A stretch of DNA of 64,000 bases from a virus: positions 32,001 through 96,000 of IMG/VR virus record IMGVR_UViG_3300020156_000022, one strand, 5' to 3'. Position numbers and translations under genes: made by a program. Below are positions 63,666 through 64,000 of the stretch, piece after piece (the stretch's first letter is position 1; the number at the start of each line of letters is the position of its first letter). Under the pieces are notes generated by a model. The model made no database searches. It worked only from the letters and a program-made list of their open reading frames with translations, and was not told the DNA's origin.

Positions 63666-64000
63666 CTACCAGTTGCCTTCACCTGGGTAGTCTTGCAATG
63701 GTCGAAGGTCAACATAATGTGCCATGACTTGAGAAAGTTTTGGCTTCATTTCTATCTTACCAAGCATAGTATTACAATGCCAGCACAGCAAGTGGCGCAC
63801 ACAATTACCACAAGAAGTCTTACCTGAGCAGCATCTATGGTCATGATCTACAGAGAGATTCATGATATTCCCTGTGCGTCCGTCAATTCTTGATTCTTGC
63901 TCGCCACACAAAAAACATACACCATTTTGTATGCTAAGCAACCAACTAAACTGATCAAACGTAATATTAAAATTCTTCTTCAATTTAAAGAGTTTATTAT
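63666..64000 (-). CDS. endonuclease VII family protein (5' end probably outside the window)
   Basis: QNGVCFLC..LSVDHDH..RHLLCWHCN; the frame stays open to the window edge. Confidence 0.8.
   Translation of the reverse strand, partial: NKLFKLKKNFNITFDQFSWLLSIQNGVCFLCGEQESRIDGRTGNIMNLSVDHDHRCCSGKTSCGNCVRHLLCWHCNTMLGKIEMKPKLSQVMAHYVDLRPLQDYPGEGNW

Noticed and set aside
925-63827. Plus-strand ORFs in the track
   Set aside because: Nearly all are antisense shadows of supported minus-strand genes or RNAs and show no recognisable motifs.
1-64000. Alternative genetic code or suppressor tRNAs
   Set aside because: Long genes are intact in the standard code, all three stop codons are used, and I found no CTA/TTA/TCA anticodon.

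Overview
A 64 kb slice of a large, AT-leaning siphovirus genome, most likely infecting an actinomycete. Essentially all genes are on the minus strand. From the right end leftwards: (i) lysis/membrane genes and the head-tail joining/tail module (adaptor, stopper, terminator, glycosyltransferase, major tail protein, frameshifting tail chaperones, tape measure, Dit, large minor tail, secreted GDPD, holin-like; about 42-62 kb); (ii) a replication/recombination module (SNF2 helicase, FliA/WhiG-like sigma factor, dUTPase, DnaB, primase Zn domain, clamp-loader delta/delta' homologues, deaminase, family-A DNA polymerase, dNMP kinase, SSB-like, EndoVII, RecA; about 22-42 kb); (iii) an RNA-rich accessory region (about 3-20 kb) with about 20 near-canonical tRNAs interleaved with microproteins and many non-canonical tRNA-like RNAs. 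Main observations: a Ro60/TROVE gene preceded by six Y-RNA-like ncRNAs sharing one Ro-binding stem (three with a circularly permuted tRNA domain, three without); a set of tRNA mimics (a tmRNA-TLD-like mini RNA, D-armless, long-insert, permuted and ACCA-ended forms); seven ORFs whose ATG starts exactly at position 75 of the preceding tRNA (N73-C74-ATG), suggesting that tRNA processing generates leaderless mRNAs; and a sigma28-like GCCGAT[AT][AT] box upstream of late genes. All RNA structures were folded by eye; no database searches were run.
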